Below are positions 1 to 9,908 of a stretch of 64,000 bases of DNA, piece by piece. The DNA comes from Rhodospirillaceae bacterium (GTDB lineage Bacteria; Pseudomonadota; Alphaproteobacteria; CACIAM-22H2), in NCBI GenBank assembly GCA_009694125.1, contig SHVT01000001.1, positions 6,105 to 70,104 on the forward strand. The letters run 5' to 3'. Numbering within the stretch: the stretch's first letter is position 1; the number at the start of each line of letters is the position of its first letter. The position numbers and the translations under genes were made by a program. The notes beneath the pieces are model-generated. The model made no database searches, had not been told where the DNA came from, and worked only from the letters and a program-made list of their open reading frames with translations.

Positions 1-749
1 CTCTCCACCCAGTCGCCATCGTTGCAATACAGTACGCCATCGATGTCGCGGATTTCGGCCTTGTGAATGTGGCCACAGACGACGCCCTGCGCGCCGCGCC
101 GGCGCGCCTCGTCCACGACCGCTCGTTTGAAATTGGCGACGTATTTGACCGCGTCCTCCACCCGGCTTTTGAGATAGGCCGCAAGCGACCAATAGGGCAT
201 CCCCAGGCGGCGGCGGATACGGTTAAGGCCATGGTTGGCCGAAAGGGCGAGACCATAGGCTCGGTCGCCGAATTTCGCCAGCCACAGGGCGTACCGAACG
301 ATTCCGTCGAATTCGTCGCCGTGCAGGACCAGCAGCCGCCTGCCGTCCGCAGTGACGTGAACCGTGTCCGAAGCTACGGCAATGCCGCCGAATGCCAGCC
401 GGGCGTAGTCGCGCAGCGCCTCGTCGTGATTGCCGGGGATATAGACGACCTTGGTGCCCGTCCGGGCCTTGCGGAGCAGCGCTTGGATGACGTCGTTGTG
501 TTGCGGCGGCCAATGCCACGATGTCTTCAGGCGCCAGCCGTCGACGATGTCGCCGACGAGGTAGAGATATTCGGATTCGGTGTGTTTGAGAAAATCCAGC
601 AGGCATTCGGCCTTGCATCTGCGCGTGCCGAGATGGACATCGGAGATGAAAATCGCGCGATACCGCCCGCTCGGCGAAGAACCGTCCAAGGAAATGCCTA
701 CCCGTTTCGGCGACGACGCCTTATCGACACCAGCTACGACATCTACCAT
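1..749 (-). CDS. LpxH-family metallophosphoesterase (UDP-2,3-diacylglucosamine hydrolase-like); the 3' end runs off the window start
   Basis: Manual minus-strand translation gives MVDVVAGVDKASSPKRVGISLDGSSPSGRYRAIFISDVHLGTRRCKAECLLDFLKHTESEYLYLVGDIVDGWRLK...GNHDE...VVCGHIHKAEIRDIDGVLYCNDGDWVE. The calcineurin-like motifs DxH, GD, GNHD and GH are present. It is absent from the ORF track because there is no stop inside the window. The start is uncertain: ATG at 749, or an internal TTG. Confidence 0.6.
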   Translation of the reverse strand, partial: MVDVVAGVDKASSPKRVGISLDGSSPSGRYRAIFISDVHLGTRRCKAECLLDFLKHTESEYLYLVGDIVDGWRLKTSWHWPPQHNDVIQALLRKARTGTKVVYIPGNHDEALRDYARLAFGGIAVASDTVHVTADGRRLLVLHGDEFDGIVRYALWLAKFGDRAYGLALSANHGLNRIRRRLGMPYWSLAAYLKSRVEDAVKYVANFKRAVVDEARRRGAQGVVCGHIHKAEIRDIDGVLYCNDGDWVE

Positions 750-751
750 AG

Positions 752-1232
752 ATGGGAACAATGCGCCGTCGTATCACCGTCATCCATAACCCGGCGGCCG
801 GCCGCAGGAGCCGCCGGTGGCTACGCTCGGTGCTGAAGGATCTCGGCCGCGCTGGCGTCGTGGCGACTCTGGAAACAACGGCGCGGCGCGGCGACGCGGA
901 AGCGCTGGGGCGCGGCCTGGAGGCGGGGAGTTGCGAAGCGCTGGCGGTCGCTGGCGGCGACGGAACGGTCAACGAGGTCGCGAACGGTCTGGAACGGGAA
1001 GGTCCGCCGCTGGCGCACTGGCCGTTGGAACGCGCTGCGTTACGCCACCGCGCTTTGCCTCGGCCGGCTGCACCGGCTGAGGGATGTCAAGGTCGTGGCG
1101 ACACGCCGGGTCGAAATCGCCGAACCCGCGGGTGAGCCGGTTCAGGCCGGCGGCGATATCGTCGCCCACTTGCCGGCGATCATCGAGATTGAGGAAAACG
1201 CGGTGTCGCTGGTCATGCCCGCCGGGAATTAG
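752..1232 (+). pseudogene. Remnant of a diacylglycerol-kinase-family lipid kinase (YegS/BmrU-like) with an internal deletion and a frameshift
   Basis: The N-terminal frame (752-~1010) reads ITVIHNPAAGRRS...ALAVAGGDGTVNEVANGL, with the DAGK_cat GGDGT motif. A different frame (~1026-1232) carries a C-terminal-like tail, ...LGRLHRLRDVKVVATRRVEIAEPAGEPVQAGGDIVAHLPAIIEIEENAVSLVMPAGN*. The whole locus is only ~480 nt, against ~900 nt for intact homologues. It abuts pmbA on the opposite strand. Confidence 0.45.
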
Positions 1233-2590
1233 CGCCCGGCGACGGTCATTCCTTCGATCGCGATGGTCGGCGAATCTGTGCCGTATTTGAACACAAGATC
1301 GTTCGCCGGCGTCAGGTTCTTGAACATCTGATTCAAATTCCCGGCGACGGTGACTTCGCTGACCGGATAGGCGAGTTCGCCGTTTTCGATCCAAAAGCCG
1401 GAGGCGCCACGGCTGTAATCGCCGGTCACCATGTTGACGCCCATGCCCATCAGCGAGGTCACGAACAACCCGCTCTTGATGCCGCCAATCAGGTCCTTGG
1501 GCGAAATCTCCCCGGCCTCCATGTAGAGATTCGATGGCGACGGCGAGGGCGTCGAACTCGTCCCGCGCACCCCATGTCCGGTGCTTTTCAGGCCAAGTTG
1601 GCGCGCCGAACGAAGATCGAGAATCCACGTCGTCAGCACGCCTTTGTCGATCACGGCCCGGCGTTTTCCGGCCAAACCCTCGATGTCGAAGGGGCGGGAG
1701 CCGAAGCCGCGCCGGCGCAGCGGATCGTCGATGATGCTGATTCCGGGGCCAAAGACGGCCTGCCCCATCTTGCTTTTGAGGAAACTCGTGCCGCGTGCGA
1801 TTGACGAGCCGTTGATCGCGCCGGCGAGATTGCGGACGATGCCGTTGGCCACCCGTTGCTCGTACACAACCGGCACCTGCGCGGTTTCCGCCTTGCGCGG
1901 GCTCAACCGTCGCACCGCTCGTTCACCGGCGCGGCGGCCGACATCCCGTGGCGATTCCAACTCCGCTCCGTAGATCGCGGTCGTGTAATCGTAGTCGGTC
2001 TCCATGCCGGTGCCTTGGCCGGCGAGCGCGGACACGCTGATGGTCTGGCGCGAGGTCTGGAAGCTGCCGGAAAACCCGTTGCTGGCGACGACGCCGATCA
2101 TGCCCTGACTCCAACCCGCCTCGGCGCCTTCGGAATTGGTGACGCCGGGTACGGCCAGCGCCGCTTCCTCGGCCTCCTTGGCCCGTTCGATCAGGGTCTG
2201 TGGAGTGGGTTCGGTCGAATCGGCCAAATCGAGGTCGGGTATGGCGCGTAGGATGTCCGCCGGGTCCGCGAGGCCGCAATAGGGGTCCTCGGGTGCGGCC
2301 CGCGCCATTGCCACCGATCGCTCCACCAGCTCTTTGAGTGTCTTGGCTGAACGATCGCTGGCCGACACGATGGCCTGCTGGCGGCCGATGAAGACCCGCA
2401 GCCCCAAATCCTGGTTTTCGGATCGCTCCAATCGCTCCGGCTTGCCCAGGCGCTGGGCATGGGACAGCGACGCCCCTTCGACGAGAATGGCGTCGGCCGC
2501 ATCGGCACCAGCCGCGCGGGCACGAGCGACGAGATCGGAGAGAAAATTGAGGGCTTCGGCACCGGTGGTCATGGCTCTTGATCCGCTCAA
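1229..2590 (-). CDS. pmbA: Metalloprotease PmbA/TldE (TldD/PmbA family)
   Basis: 453-aa ORF with family-typical length and composition (…FVTSLMGMGVNMVTGDYSRGASGFWIENGELAYPV…). Confidence 0.8.
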   Translation of the reverse strand: MSGSRAMTTGAEALNFLSDLVARARAAGADAADAILVEGASLSHAQRLGKPERLERSENQDLGLRVFIGRQQAIVSASDRSAKTLKELVERSVAMARAAPEDPYCGLADPADILRAIPDLDLADSTEPTPQTLIERAKEAEEAALAVPGVTNSEGAEAGWSQGMIGVVASNGFSGSFQTSRQTISVSALAGQGTGMETDYDYTTAIYGAELESPRDVGRRAGERAVRRLSPRKAETAQVPVVYEQRVANGIVRNLAGAINGSSIARGTSFLKSKMGQAVFGPGISIIDDPLRRRGFGSRPFDIEGLAGKRRAVIDKGVLTTWILDLRSARQLGLKSTGHGVRGTSSTPSPSPSNLYMEAGEISPKDLIGGIKSGLFVTSLMGMGVNMVTGDYSRGASGFWIENGELAYPVSEVTVAGNLNQMFKNLTPANDLVFKYGTDSPTIAIEGMTVAGR

Positions 2591-2649
2591 GGGGAGGATC
2601 CATCAGATATAGGGCCAGCGCGCCGCGAGCGCCAGTGCGGCCCGGCCGT

Positions 2650-3489
2650 CTATCGGGGCCCGCCCGTGGTCATGGGGTAGTCGCCTTTGTCACCCCGGAA
2701 CGGCAGCGCCAGCATCCACCACAGGGTTTGCCGCCGTTCGGATTGAAACTGCTTCAATCCAATGGTCATGCCGGCATGACCGGCTTCCGGTTGGGCGCGA
2801 TAGGTCCCGAACAGGCGATCCCAGACCGACAGATTGAAGCCGAAATTGCTGTTGGTCTCGCGCACGATGACGGAATGATGAACGCGGTGCATGTCCGGCG
2901 TCACCACGACCTGCCGCAGCCAGCGATTGAGTCTCGCCGGCAAACTTACATTGCCGTGGTTGAACATCGCCGTCGCGTTCAGGATCACCTCGAACAGGAT
3001 GACGGCCTCCGCCGGTACGCCGAGGATGAACACCGCCGCCATCTTGATGAGCATGGAGATGACGATTTCCAGGGGATGGAAACGGATGCCGGTGGTCGTG
3101 TCGAAGTCGGGATCGGCGTGATGCACCATGTGCAGAAGCCAGAAATGCGGCATGGAATGGGCCGCGACATGCTGCCAATAGATGAGCAGATCGAGCAGGA
3201 CGACGGAGCATAAAACGGCCAGCCAGCGCGGCATTGGAACAATGTTGAGCAGCCCCCAACCGACACCTTCGGCCCAGGCCGCGACCCCGACAGCGAGCAC
3301 CGGGAAGACGATCCGCAACACCAACGTGGAAACGACAACGAGGCCGAGATTGTTGATCCAGCGGAAGCCGCGCGACACCAAACGATGCCGCCGTGGCGCG
3401 ATCAGCTCCCACACCGCCATCGCGACCAACACGCCGAGATAGAAGGCCAGCCTGATCGTCGGCTCATTTGTCAGGATGAAATCCCGCAT
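2650..3489 (-). CDS. Fatty acid hydroxylase / sterol desaturase superfamily membrane protein
   Basis: Histidine boxes HMVHH and HRVHH in multi-pass hydrophobic segments. The start was taken at an internal Met (MRDFIL…) to avoid overlapping ubiD. Confidence 0.7.
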   Translation of the reverse strand: MRDFILTNEPTIRLAFYLGVLVAMAVWELIAPRRHRLVSRGFRWINNLGLVVVSTLVLRIVFPVLAVGVAAWAEGVGWGLLNIVPMPRWLAVLCSVVLLDLLIYWQHVAAHSMPHFWLLHMVHHADPDFDTTTGIRFHPLEIVISMLIKMAAVFILGVPAEAVILFEVILNATAMFNHGNVSLPARLNRWLRQVVVTPDMHRVHHSVIVRETNSNFGFNLSVWDRLFGTYRAQPEAGHAGMTIGLKQFQSERRQTLWWMLALPFRGDKGDYPMTTGGPR

Positions 3490-3500
3490 CTGCCGGGGGC

Positions 3501-5009
3501 CTATTTCCAGATCGGCTTGCCGGCGCCGGGCAGACCGTAGGAAGGCCATTTGCGCGTGACCAGGTCGACGACCTCGTCAGTCATGCGAATCTTGCGGCCC
3601 CATTCGCGGCTGGTCTCCGGCGGCCATTTGTTGGTGGCGTCCAGGCCGATCTTGCCGCCCAGCCCCGATTGCGGCGATGCGAAATCGAGATAGTCGATCG
3701 GCGTGTTCTCAACGATCGTGATGTCGCGCGCCGGGTCCATGCGGGTCGACACCGCCCACATCACGTCCTTCCAGTCGCGGGCGTCGATGTCGTCATCCAC
3801 GACGATGACGAACTTCGTGTACATGAACTGGCGGAGATAGGACCACACCGCCATCATGATTCGCTTGGCGTGGCCGGGATAAGCCTTGCGGATGGACACC
3901 ACCGCGATGCGGTAGGAGCAGCCCTCGGGTGGCAGCCAGAAATCAACGATCTCGGGAAATTGTTGCTGGAGCAGTGGGATGAACACTTCGTTCAGGGCCG
4001 CGCCCAATACCGAAGGTTCGTCCGGCGGCCGCCCGGTGAAGGTCGAGAGGTAGATTGGATCGCGCCTTTGGGTGATGGCGCTAACCGTGAATACGGGGAA
4101 ACGCTCGACCGCGTTGTAATACCCGGTGTGGTCGCCATAAGGCCCCTCGTCGCCATGTTCGCTAAGGCTGACGTGGCCCTCGATGACGATTTCGGCCTGG
4201 GCCGGGACCTTAAGCGGCACACTCACGCAATCGACCAGATCAACACGTTTGCCGCGCAGCAGCCCCGCGAATTGATATTCCGAAAGCGTATCGGGCACCG
4301 GCGTCACCGCGGCCAGGATGGTCCCCGGATCGGCACCGATCACGGCGGCGGCGGGCAGCGGCTCGGCCCGCTCCTCGGCCCAGCGCGCGTGATGCTGGGC
4401 GCCGCCGCGGTGGCGCAGCCAGCGCATGAGTGTGGTGTTGCGGCCGGTCACCTGCATCCGGTAGATGCCGAGGTTGAAATCGTCCTCGCGCCGCTTGCCC
4501 GGCCCCTTGGTGACGACCAGCGGCCAGGTGATAAGCGGCGCCGGCTCGCCCGGCCAGCAGGTCTGGATGGGCAGCTGACTCAGGTCGATGTCGCCGCCGC
4601 GATGGACGATTTCCTGGCAGGGCGCGGCCCCGACCGATCTCGGTTTCATCGCCAGAACGGTCTTGAGCAAAGGCAGCAACTCCATGGCCTCGCGCCAGCC
4701 GCCGGGCGGTTCCGGCTGGCGCAAGAATGCCAGGGTCTCGCCGATTTCGCGCAGCCCACCCGGCTCGCGATCCATGCCCCAGGCCACCCGTTCGACCGTG
4801 CCGAACAGATTGACCAGTACCGGCATGTCGTATCGTCGCCCGCCTGTGCCGATGACGTTTTCGAACAATACGGCCGGCCCCTGTTCGGCGAGCAGACGGG
4901 TCTGGATTTCGGTCATTTCCAGGACCGGCGACACCGGTTCGCGAACACGGATCAGCCGCTGGTCGCGTTCGAGCCGGTCGATGAAATCGCGCAAGGAGGC
5001 GTATGGCAT
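3501..5009 (-). CDS. ubiD: 4-hydroxy-3-polyprenylbenzoate decarboxylase UbiD
   Basis: 502-aa ORF with full-length UbiD-like sequence (…[16 protein letters not shown]…YGDHTGYYN…). Confidence 0.9.
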   Translation of the reverse strand: MPYASLRDFIDRLERDQRLIRVREPVSPVLEMTEIQTRLLAEQGPAVLFENVIGTGGRRYDMPVLVNLFGTVERVAWGMDREPGGLREIGETLAFLRQPEPPGGWREAMELLPLLKTVLAMKPRSVGAAPCQEIVHRGGDIDLSQLPIQTCWPGEPAPLITWPLVVTKGPGKRREDDFNLGIYRMQVTGRNTTLMRWLRHRGGAQHHARWAEERAEPLPAAAVIGADPGTILAAVTPVPDTLSEYQFAGLLRGKRVDLVDCVSVPLKVPAQAEIVIEGHVSLSEHGDEGPYGDHTGYYNAVERFPVFTVSAITQRRDPIYLSTFTGRPPDEPSVLGAALNEVFIPLLQQQFPEIVDFWLPPEGCSYRIAVVSIRKAYPGHAKRIMMAVWSYLRQFMYTKFVIVVDDDIDARDWKDVMWAVSTRMDPARDITIVENTPIDYLDFASPQSGLGGKIGLDATNKWPPETSREWGRKIRMTDEVVDLVTRKWPSYGLPGAGKPIWK

Positions 5010-5083
5010 GATTGTCGCGGTGGGTGAGGGGACAGTATAACGGTCTTTAGGCCCCGTGGCCCAATCCGCGGCGGAGGAATGGA

Positions 5084-5311
5084 ATGAAGCGCTACTGGGT
5101 GGTCGGCGGCGAATACCAGGATACTCGGTTCAAGGAGCTGGCGGCGGGCCGAATCGAGGAACGTTACGGACCGCACCGGCTCTATGCCGAAGCTCGCCGG
5201 GAATGGCAGAACCGCACGATGTCCAGCATCGACAACGCCCATCGTCGATATTTCATCACCGTGGAGACGGAGGCACGGACGCCCCGCCCCAAGCTCAAGC
5301 CAAAGGAATAG
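5084..5311 (+). CDS. DUF4170 family small protein
   Basis: 75 aa: [11 protein letters not shown]…[12 protein letters not shown], matching the conserved DUF4170 pattern (VFGGE…DNAH.RYFIV). Confidence 0.55.
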   Translation: MKRYWVVGGEYQDTRFKELAAGRIEERYGPHRLYAEARREWQNRTMSSIDNAHRRYFITVETEARTPRPKLKPKE

Positions 5312-5315
5312 GCCT

Positions 5316-6155
5316 TCATTCCACCAAGTGGCGGACGGCGTCGTTCATCGCGATCAGACGCTGGGCCATTAACCGCGCGATCATGCCGTGAAACAGCCCC
5401 GCGACGGCCGGGTCTTGTTTTTCCAACACTTGAAGGTCGCTACCGCTCATCACGACCACGCTCGCGGCCGTGTCGGCAACCAGCGAGGCGGAGCGGCGAC
5501 CGCCGGCATAAAAGGCCATTTCACCGACGACGCTGCCCGGGAGGAACTTGCGCAATCGGATGGCATCGCCATGCCCGAGGCGAAGCATCGCCGACAGCTT
5601 GCCGCGAATCAGGATGTAGATGTCGTTGTTGGGGCCGCCTTCGCGGAAGAGAAATTCCCCGGCCGCGACGTCGCGCTCCTTTAGGTAGGGCAATAGGGCG
5701 CGCGTGCCGTCCTCTCCTGTCAGCAGGCCGTTCAGTATCTCTTTGATCGCGACCTCGCCGGGTTGGTAGCCGGCTTCGGCGAGCAGGCGGTCCTCCGCCC
5801 ATTCCATCGCGTGCCCGGTCTCGGGAAAACACTCATTGGCCGACATGACGCCGGCCGCGATCAGCCAGCCTGCATCGGCGTTCTCCAGGTTTGCAAACAG
5901 CAAACTGATGTCATTGGCCGCAGCATAATGTTTGAGTTTCTTCAGGGCGAAGGCGGCCGACGCGTCCATCCCGCCGAGGTGCCGGCAACCCAGGATGACA
6001 TAACGCACGCTGTGCCGATCGCGTTCGATTCGGTGGCGGATGCGGTCCAGCAGCGACATTGCTGAACCGAAAAAGACGTAGCCCTGCAGCTCGAAAACCA
6101 TGAGCCGATTGCCGCGCTCGGCCAGAATTCGGTTGGCATCGAAGGGTCGCTCCAC
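5316..6155 (-). CDS. STAS domain + cyclic-nucleotide-binding domain protein with no transporter domain (possible 3' remnant of a SulP-family permease gene)
   Basis: Residues ~10-100 are STAS-like (…VFELQGYVFFGSA…ILGCRHLGGMDASAAFALKKL…). Residues ~150-270 are cNMP-binding-like (…FLFREGGPNNDIYILIRGKL…GEMAFY…). Translation starts at GTG 6155. The reading frame stays open 17 codons further upstream (VAKWAETELSGIEYRSNV…) before a TAG. Confidence 0.55.
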   Translation of the reverse strand: MERPFDANRILAERGNRLMVFELQGYVFFGSAMSLLDRIRHRIERDRHSVRYVILGCRHLGGMDASAAFALKKLKHYAAANDISLLFANLENADAGWLIAAGVMSANECFPETGHAMEWAEDRLLAEAGYQPGEVAIKEILNGLLTGEDGTRALLPYLKERDVAAGEFLFREGGPNNDIYILIRGKLSAMLRLGHGDAIRLRKFLPGSVVGEMAFYAGGRRSASLVADTAASVVVMSGSDLQVLEKQDPAVAGLFHGMIARLMAQRLIAMNDAVRHLVE

Positions 6156-6217
6156 ATTGCTGCGATACTCGATCCCGGACAGCTCGGTCTCTGCCCATTT
6201 CGCGACCTACCCGATAA

Positions 6218-6898
6218 TCAGGGCAACAGGCGTAGCACGCGGGTGTGTCGGATTTCGCGGTCTTCGAGTTCCAGCGACGTAGGCACGGCGTAAGTGGCGA
6301 TTTCCTCAAGGCCCGCTTGTGGCAGATAGGCACGGCCGGGATCGGCGAGGAGGACCATGGCCGATCCGGCAAAACGGCGCAGCCACGGCACGACACGCTC
6401 CGCCATCGGGCGTTCATAACAGATATCGCCGGCAAGAATGACGTCCCACCGGTTCACGACGCCCGAAGTCAAATCCTCGCCGATGGATTCGATGAGCACG
6501 TCGTTGAGCAAGGCATTCGCGGCCAAGGCCAGACAGGCGACGGGGTCGATGTCGGCGGCGGCGACGGATTTTGCGCCGGCTAGCGCCGCGGCAATGGCGG
6601 CGATGCCGCAGCCCGCGGCGAAATCGAGTACAGCCTTGCCGCGAACCAGGGCCGGGCGATCCAGGATATGCCGGGCCAGGGCCTGGCCGCCCGGCCACGC
6701 AAAGGCCCAATAGGGTGGGGGTGTTCCGGTTTCCTCTAGGAACACCTCCGTGGCCGTCCACAAAGGTGTCACCTCGGTCGCTAAGAGCAGCCGGATTTCG
6801 GGTACCAGGGGTGCGGCGGCAATCCGGGTGTTCGCGGCGATGAAGGCGGCGTAGGCCGCCGCGCCCTCAGCGGAGCGCGGCTGCGATATTGCCGCCAT
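6218..6898 (-). CDS. Class I SAM-dependent methyltransferase (Methyltransf_16-like, putative protein-lysine methyltransferase)
   Basis: YWAFAWPGGQALARHIL…VLDFAAGCGIAAIAAALAGAKSVAAADIDP, a typical SAM-binding motif I. Confidence 0.65.
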   Translation of the reverse strand: MAAISQPRSAEGAAAYAAFIAANTRIAAAPLVPEIRLLLATEVTPLWTATEVFLEETGTPPPYWAFAWPGGQALARHILDRPALVRGKAVLDFAAGCGIAAIAAALAGAKSVAAADIDPVACLALAANALLNDVLIESIGEDLTSGVVNRWDVILAGDICYERPMAERVVPWLRRFAGSAMVLLADPGRAYLPQAGLEEIATYAVPTSLELEDREIRHTRVLRLLP

Positions 6899-8921
6899 CG
6901 ACGGTCAGGATGGCGCCGGTGGTTTTCCGCTGGAGCGCCAGCGCCACGAAAGCCTGGGCGACGTCCTTGGCCTTGACCTCGCGGCCGAGCAAATTGCCGC
7001 TCATGTAGTCGCTCTCGCTCAACCCCCGCGCGGTGGACCGCGATTTGATCATGTCGTCGGTCAGCAATCCGCTGCGCACCCGGTCGGCGTTGATCCCGTT
7101 GACGCAAATTCCATCCCGACCGTAATCGACGGCGTATTGGCGAAGCAGGGACAGAGTCGCGGCTTTGGGCAGGCCATAGGGGCCAAAATCGGGGCCGGGG
7201 TTGACCGCCTGTTTGGTGACGTTGAACAACAAGACACCGCCGGTACCCTGGGCGCGCATGATCCCGACGGCGTTCTTGGCCACGGTTTGGTGTGAAAAGA
7301 AGTTCAGCTCGAAACTCTCCCGCAACACCTTGTCATCGACCTCGCCGATACGGCCGGTCCACGCGGCGCCGGCATTGGAGACGACGATATCGACGCCGCC
7401 GAAGGTGTCGCAAACCCGATCGAACGCCGCCTTGACCGAAGCCGGGTCGGTGACGTCGCAGGCGACGACCAACCCGCCTATGGCATCGTTGCGCTCGCGG
7501 GCGGCGTCGGCGTCACGGTCGAGGATGGCGACCTCGGCGCCTTCGCGGGCAAAGGCGGCCGCGGTCGCCGCGCCGATCCCGCCGGCCCCGCCGGTGATCA
7601 CGGCGACATGCCGCGCCAACGGTTTCTCCGCGTCCTTGCCGAGCTTGGCCTGTTCCAGCGACCAATATTCGATGTCGAAGAGATCGGCCTCGCTCACGCT
7701 CTCGAAGCGCCCGATCGATTCGGCGTCGGTGATGACCTCGATCGCGGCCTCGGCGACATCGGCGGCGATGCGTGCGTCCTTCGCCGATTTGCCTAGGCCG
7801 AACAAACCCAGGCCGGGAACCAGAATGACGCGCGGCATCGGGTCGAGCGGCTTCTTCGGCGTCGCTTGGCGGCGATTGTTGCGCTCGAAATAGGCTCGGT
7901 AATCCGCGATATAGGCGGCGACGGACGCCTGGGCCGCGGCGGCAAATTGCGTCATCTCCCCGGCCGTCGGCGCCGGCGGGAACAGCGGCTTGGGTTTGGT
8001 GCGAATGACGTGATCCGGTGTCGCCACGCCCGCCTGCGCATAACGCGCGGCGTCGGCGCCGTTGACGAAGGCCAGGATGCGCGCGCCGGTGCGGAATTCC
8101 ATGATCTGGCGGCGATAAAGCCCTTCCGCGCGGTCTTCGACCGATGCCACCAGCCCGCGCAGGATCGGCGCGATCTCGGCCTGGGTGGCGGGCGCCGTGG
8201 GCAAACCCGCCGGCACGAACCCCGTGCGGCGTCCCTTGGCCAGCCTTAGCTCGGCCAGCGCGACCAGCGCGATCATCCGGTCATAGGCTTCCTTCGCGGT
8301 GTCGCCGAAGGAAAAGATGCCGTGTTTTAGCAGGACCATGCCTTCAACCGAAGGATGGGCGCGCTGAATCTCGGATGCTTTCTTGGCCAAGGCGAAGCCG
8401 GGCATGATGTAGGGCACGAACGCCACGCGGGTGTCGTAGACCTCGCGGCACAACTCGGCCCCGTTTGGCTGATCGGTCAATGACAGGACGGCGTTGGCGT
8501 GGGTGTGGTCGATGAATTTGTGCGGCAGGAAGGCGTGCAGCAGGGTCTCGACCGATGGATTGGGCGCCGTGCTGTCCAGCAAGTTACATCGCTGCACGTT
8601 GACCATGTCTTCGTCGGTCAGGGCGTCGAGGCCGATCAGCCGGCGCAGCGGATCGAGGCGGACGGCGGGCAGCCCTTCGGGCTCGATCTTGCCCATGTCC
8701 CAGCCGCTGCCCTTGACGCATAACACGTCGAGTTCGTCGCCGAGGATGTCGGTCAAGCGCGTCTTGACCGAGGTGTTGCCGCCGCCGTGAAGGACCAGCC
8801 GGGGCTCGCTGCCAAGCAGGCGCGTTGTGTAGACTCGCAGCGCCAGGTCGCGCCCGACATTGCGCGCGGCGTAGCGGGCCACGATGGCCTCGGCCTCGCG
8901 GTCGGACCAACAATTCTTCAT
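6867..8921 (-). CDS. Bifunctional class II aldolase (rhamnulose-1-phosphate aldolase-like) / short-chain dehydrogenase
   Basis: 684 aa. The N-terminal half is aldolase/adducin-like. The C-terminal half is an SDR with TGGAGGIGAATA glycine motif. Confidence 0.8.
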   Translation of the reverse strand: MKNCWSDREAEAIVARYAARNVGRDLALRVYTTRLLGSEPRLVLHGGGNTSVKTRLTDILGDELDVLCVKGSGWDMGKIEPEGLPAVRLDPLRRLIGLDALTDEDMVNVQRCNLLDSTAPNPSVETLLHAFLPHKFIDHTHANAVLSLTDQPNGAELCREVYDTRVAFVPYIMPGFALAKKASEIQRAHPSVEGMVLLKHGIFSFGDTAKEAYDRMIALVALAELRLAKGRRTGFVPAGLPTAPATQAEIAPILRGLVASVEDRAEGLYRRQIMEFRTGARILAFVNGADAARYAQAGVATPDHVIRTKPKPLFPPAPTAGEMTQFAAAAQASVAAYIADYRAYFERNNRRQATPKKPLDPMPRVILVPGLGLFGLGKSAKDARIAADVAEAAIEVITDAESIGRFESVSEADLFDIEYWSLEQAKLGKDAEKPLARHVAVITGGAGGIGAATAAAFAREGAEVAILDRDADAARERNDAIGGLVVACDVTDPASVKAAFDRVCDTFGGVDIVVSNAGAAWTGRIGEVDDKVLRESFELNFFSHQTVAKNAVGIMRAQGTGGVLLFNVTKQAVNPGPDFGPYGLPKAATLSLLRQYAVDYGRDGICVNGINADRVRSGLLTDDMIKSRSTARGLSESDYMSGNLLGREVKAKDVAQAFVALALQRKTTGAILTVDGGNIAAALR

Positions 8922-8928
8922 GGCGTGG

Positions 8929-9819
8929 CTAGCGGTTGAACACGCGCCCGGCGACGGCGTCGAGTCGACGGATCATGCCGGGGTCGCGGGCGCCGGGGGC
9001 GGTGATGATGGCCGTGTCGAGCGAGGTGTGGCAGCCCTTCGTGCACACATGGTCGCGATGCCGCAGACGCGGCGCCACCGCCTTGACCAAGGCACGCGCC
9101 TTATCCGCGTTCTCCAGCAGCACCTTCAAGACGGCCTCGACGGTTACGTCCTCGTGATGGGAATGCCAGCAATCGAAGTCGGTGACCATGGCGACGGTCG
9201 CGTAACACATCTCCGCCTCGCGGGCGAGCTTGGCCTCCGGCATGTTGGTCATGCCGATGACGTCGCAGCCCCATGAGCGGTAGAGCTCCGATTCGGCGCG
9301 GGTCGAAAATTGCGGTCCTTCCATCACGAGATAGGTGCCGCCGCGCACAATCGGAAGGCCAAGCTCGCGTCCGGCTTCCTCCAAATGGTCGCCGAGGCGG
9401 CCGCACACCGGATCGGCCATGGACACATGCGCCACCAACCCGGTGTCGAAGAAGGTCTTCTTGCGGGCAAACGTACGATCGATGAATTGATCGACGATGA
9501 CGAACATGCCGGGGGCGAGGTTCTCCCGCAGGCTGCCGACCGCACTCATCGATATGATCTCGGTCACGCCCGCCCGCTTGAGCACGTCGATATTGGCGCG
9601 GAAATTCAGTTCCGACGGGGGCACACGGTGTCCGCGCCCGTGCCGCGGCAGGAAAACCAGATCCTGCCCGTCGAGTTGACCAAAAAGAAGATCGTCCGAC
9701 GGTTCCCCGAAAGGAGACAACATCCGCTCCCAGCGAACATTGTTCAGCCCGTCGATCTCATAGAGGCCGCTACCGCCGATGATGCCGATGACGGGTTTGG
9801 GGGGCAGTGATTTGGGCAT
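8929..9819 (-). CDS. mtnP: S-methyl-5'-thioadenosine phosphorylase
   Basis: 296 aa, purine nucleoside phosphorylase family with MTAP-type motifs (IGIIGGSGLY…GMTNMPEAKLAREAEMCYATVAMVTDFDCW). Confidence 0.85.
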   Translation of the reverse strand: MPKSLPPKPVIGIIGGSGLYEIDGLNNVRWERMLSPFGEPSDDLLFGQLDGQDLVFLPRHGRGHRVPPSELNFRANIDVLKRAGVTEIISMSAVGSLRENLAPGMFVIVDQFIDRTFARKKTFFDTGLVAHVSMADPVCGRLGDHLEEAGRELGLPIVRGGTYLVMEGPQFSTRAESELYRSWGCDVIGMTNMPEAKLAREAEMCYATVAMVTDFDCWHSHHEDVTVEAVLKVLLENADKARALVKAVAPRLRHRDHVCTKGCHTSLDTAIITAPGARDPGMIRRLDAVAGRVFNR

Positions 9820-9830
9820 GTCAGACGTCC

Positions 9831-9884
9831 CTCTTGCACGGCGATTGCCTCTTGCACGGCGATTGCCCCTTGCACGGCGATTGC
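9831..9884. repeat. Direct tandem repeat, 3 x 18 bp (CTCTTGCACGGCGATTGC, CTCTTGCACGGCGATTGC, CCCTTGCACGGCGATTGC)
   Basis: Read directly from the sequence. Two copies are identical and the third differs at one base. The array sits immediately upstream of the mtnP start codon (9819) and downstream of petC. Confidence 0.9.
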
Positions 9885-9886
9885 AA

Positions 9887-9908
9887 CCGCGTCGCCGCGG
9901 CGACGCGG
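9887..9908. repeat. Perfect 22-bp palindrome CCGCGTCGCCGCGGCGACGCGG (hairpin or operator candidate)
   Basis: The sequence equals its own reverse complement. It lies 33 nt downstream of the petC stop. It is a possible fbc-operon terminator stem or a regulator binding site. There is no long T-tract. Confidence 0.7.

Noticed and set aside
3669-5027. 452-aa plus-strand ORF antisense to ubiD
   Set aside because: An Arg/Gly/Pro/His-rich translation typical of the antisense frame of a high-GC gene. The opposite strand carries a clear full-length UbiD.
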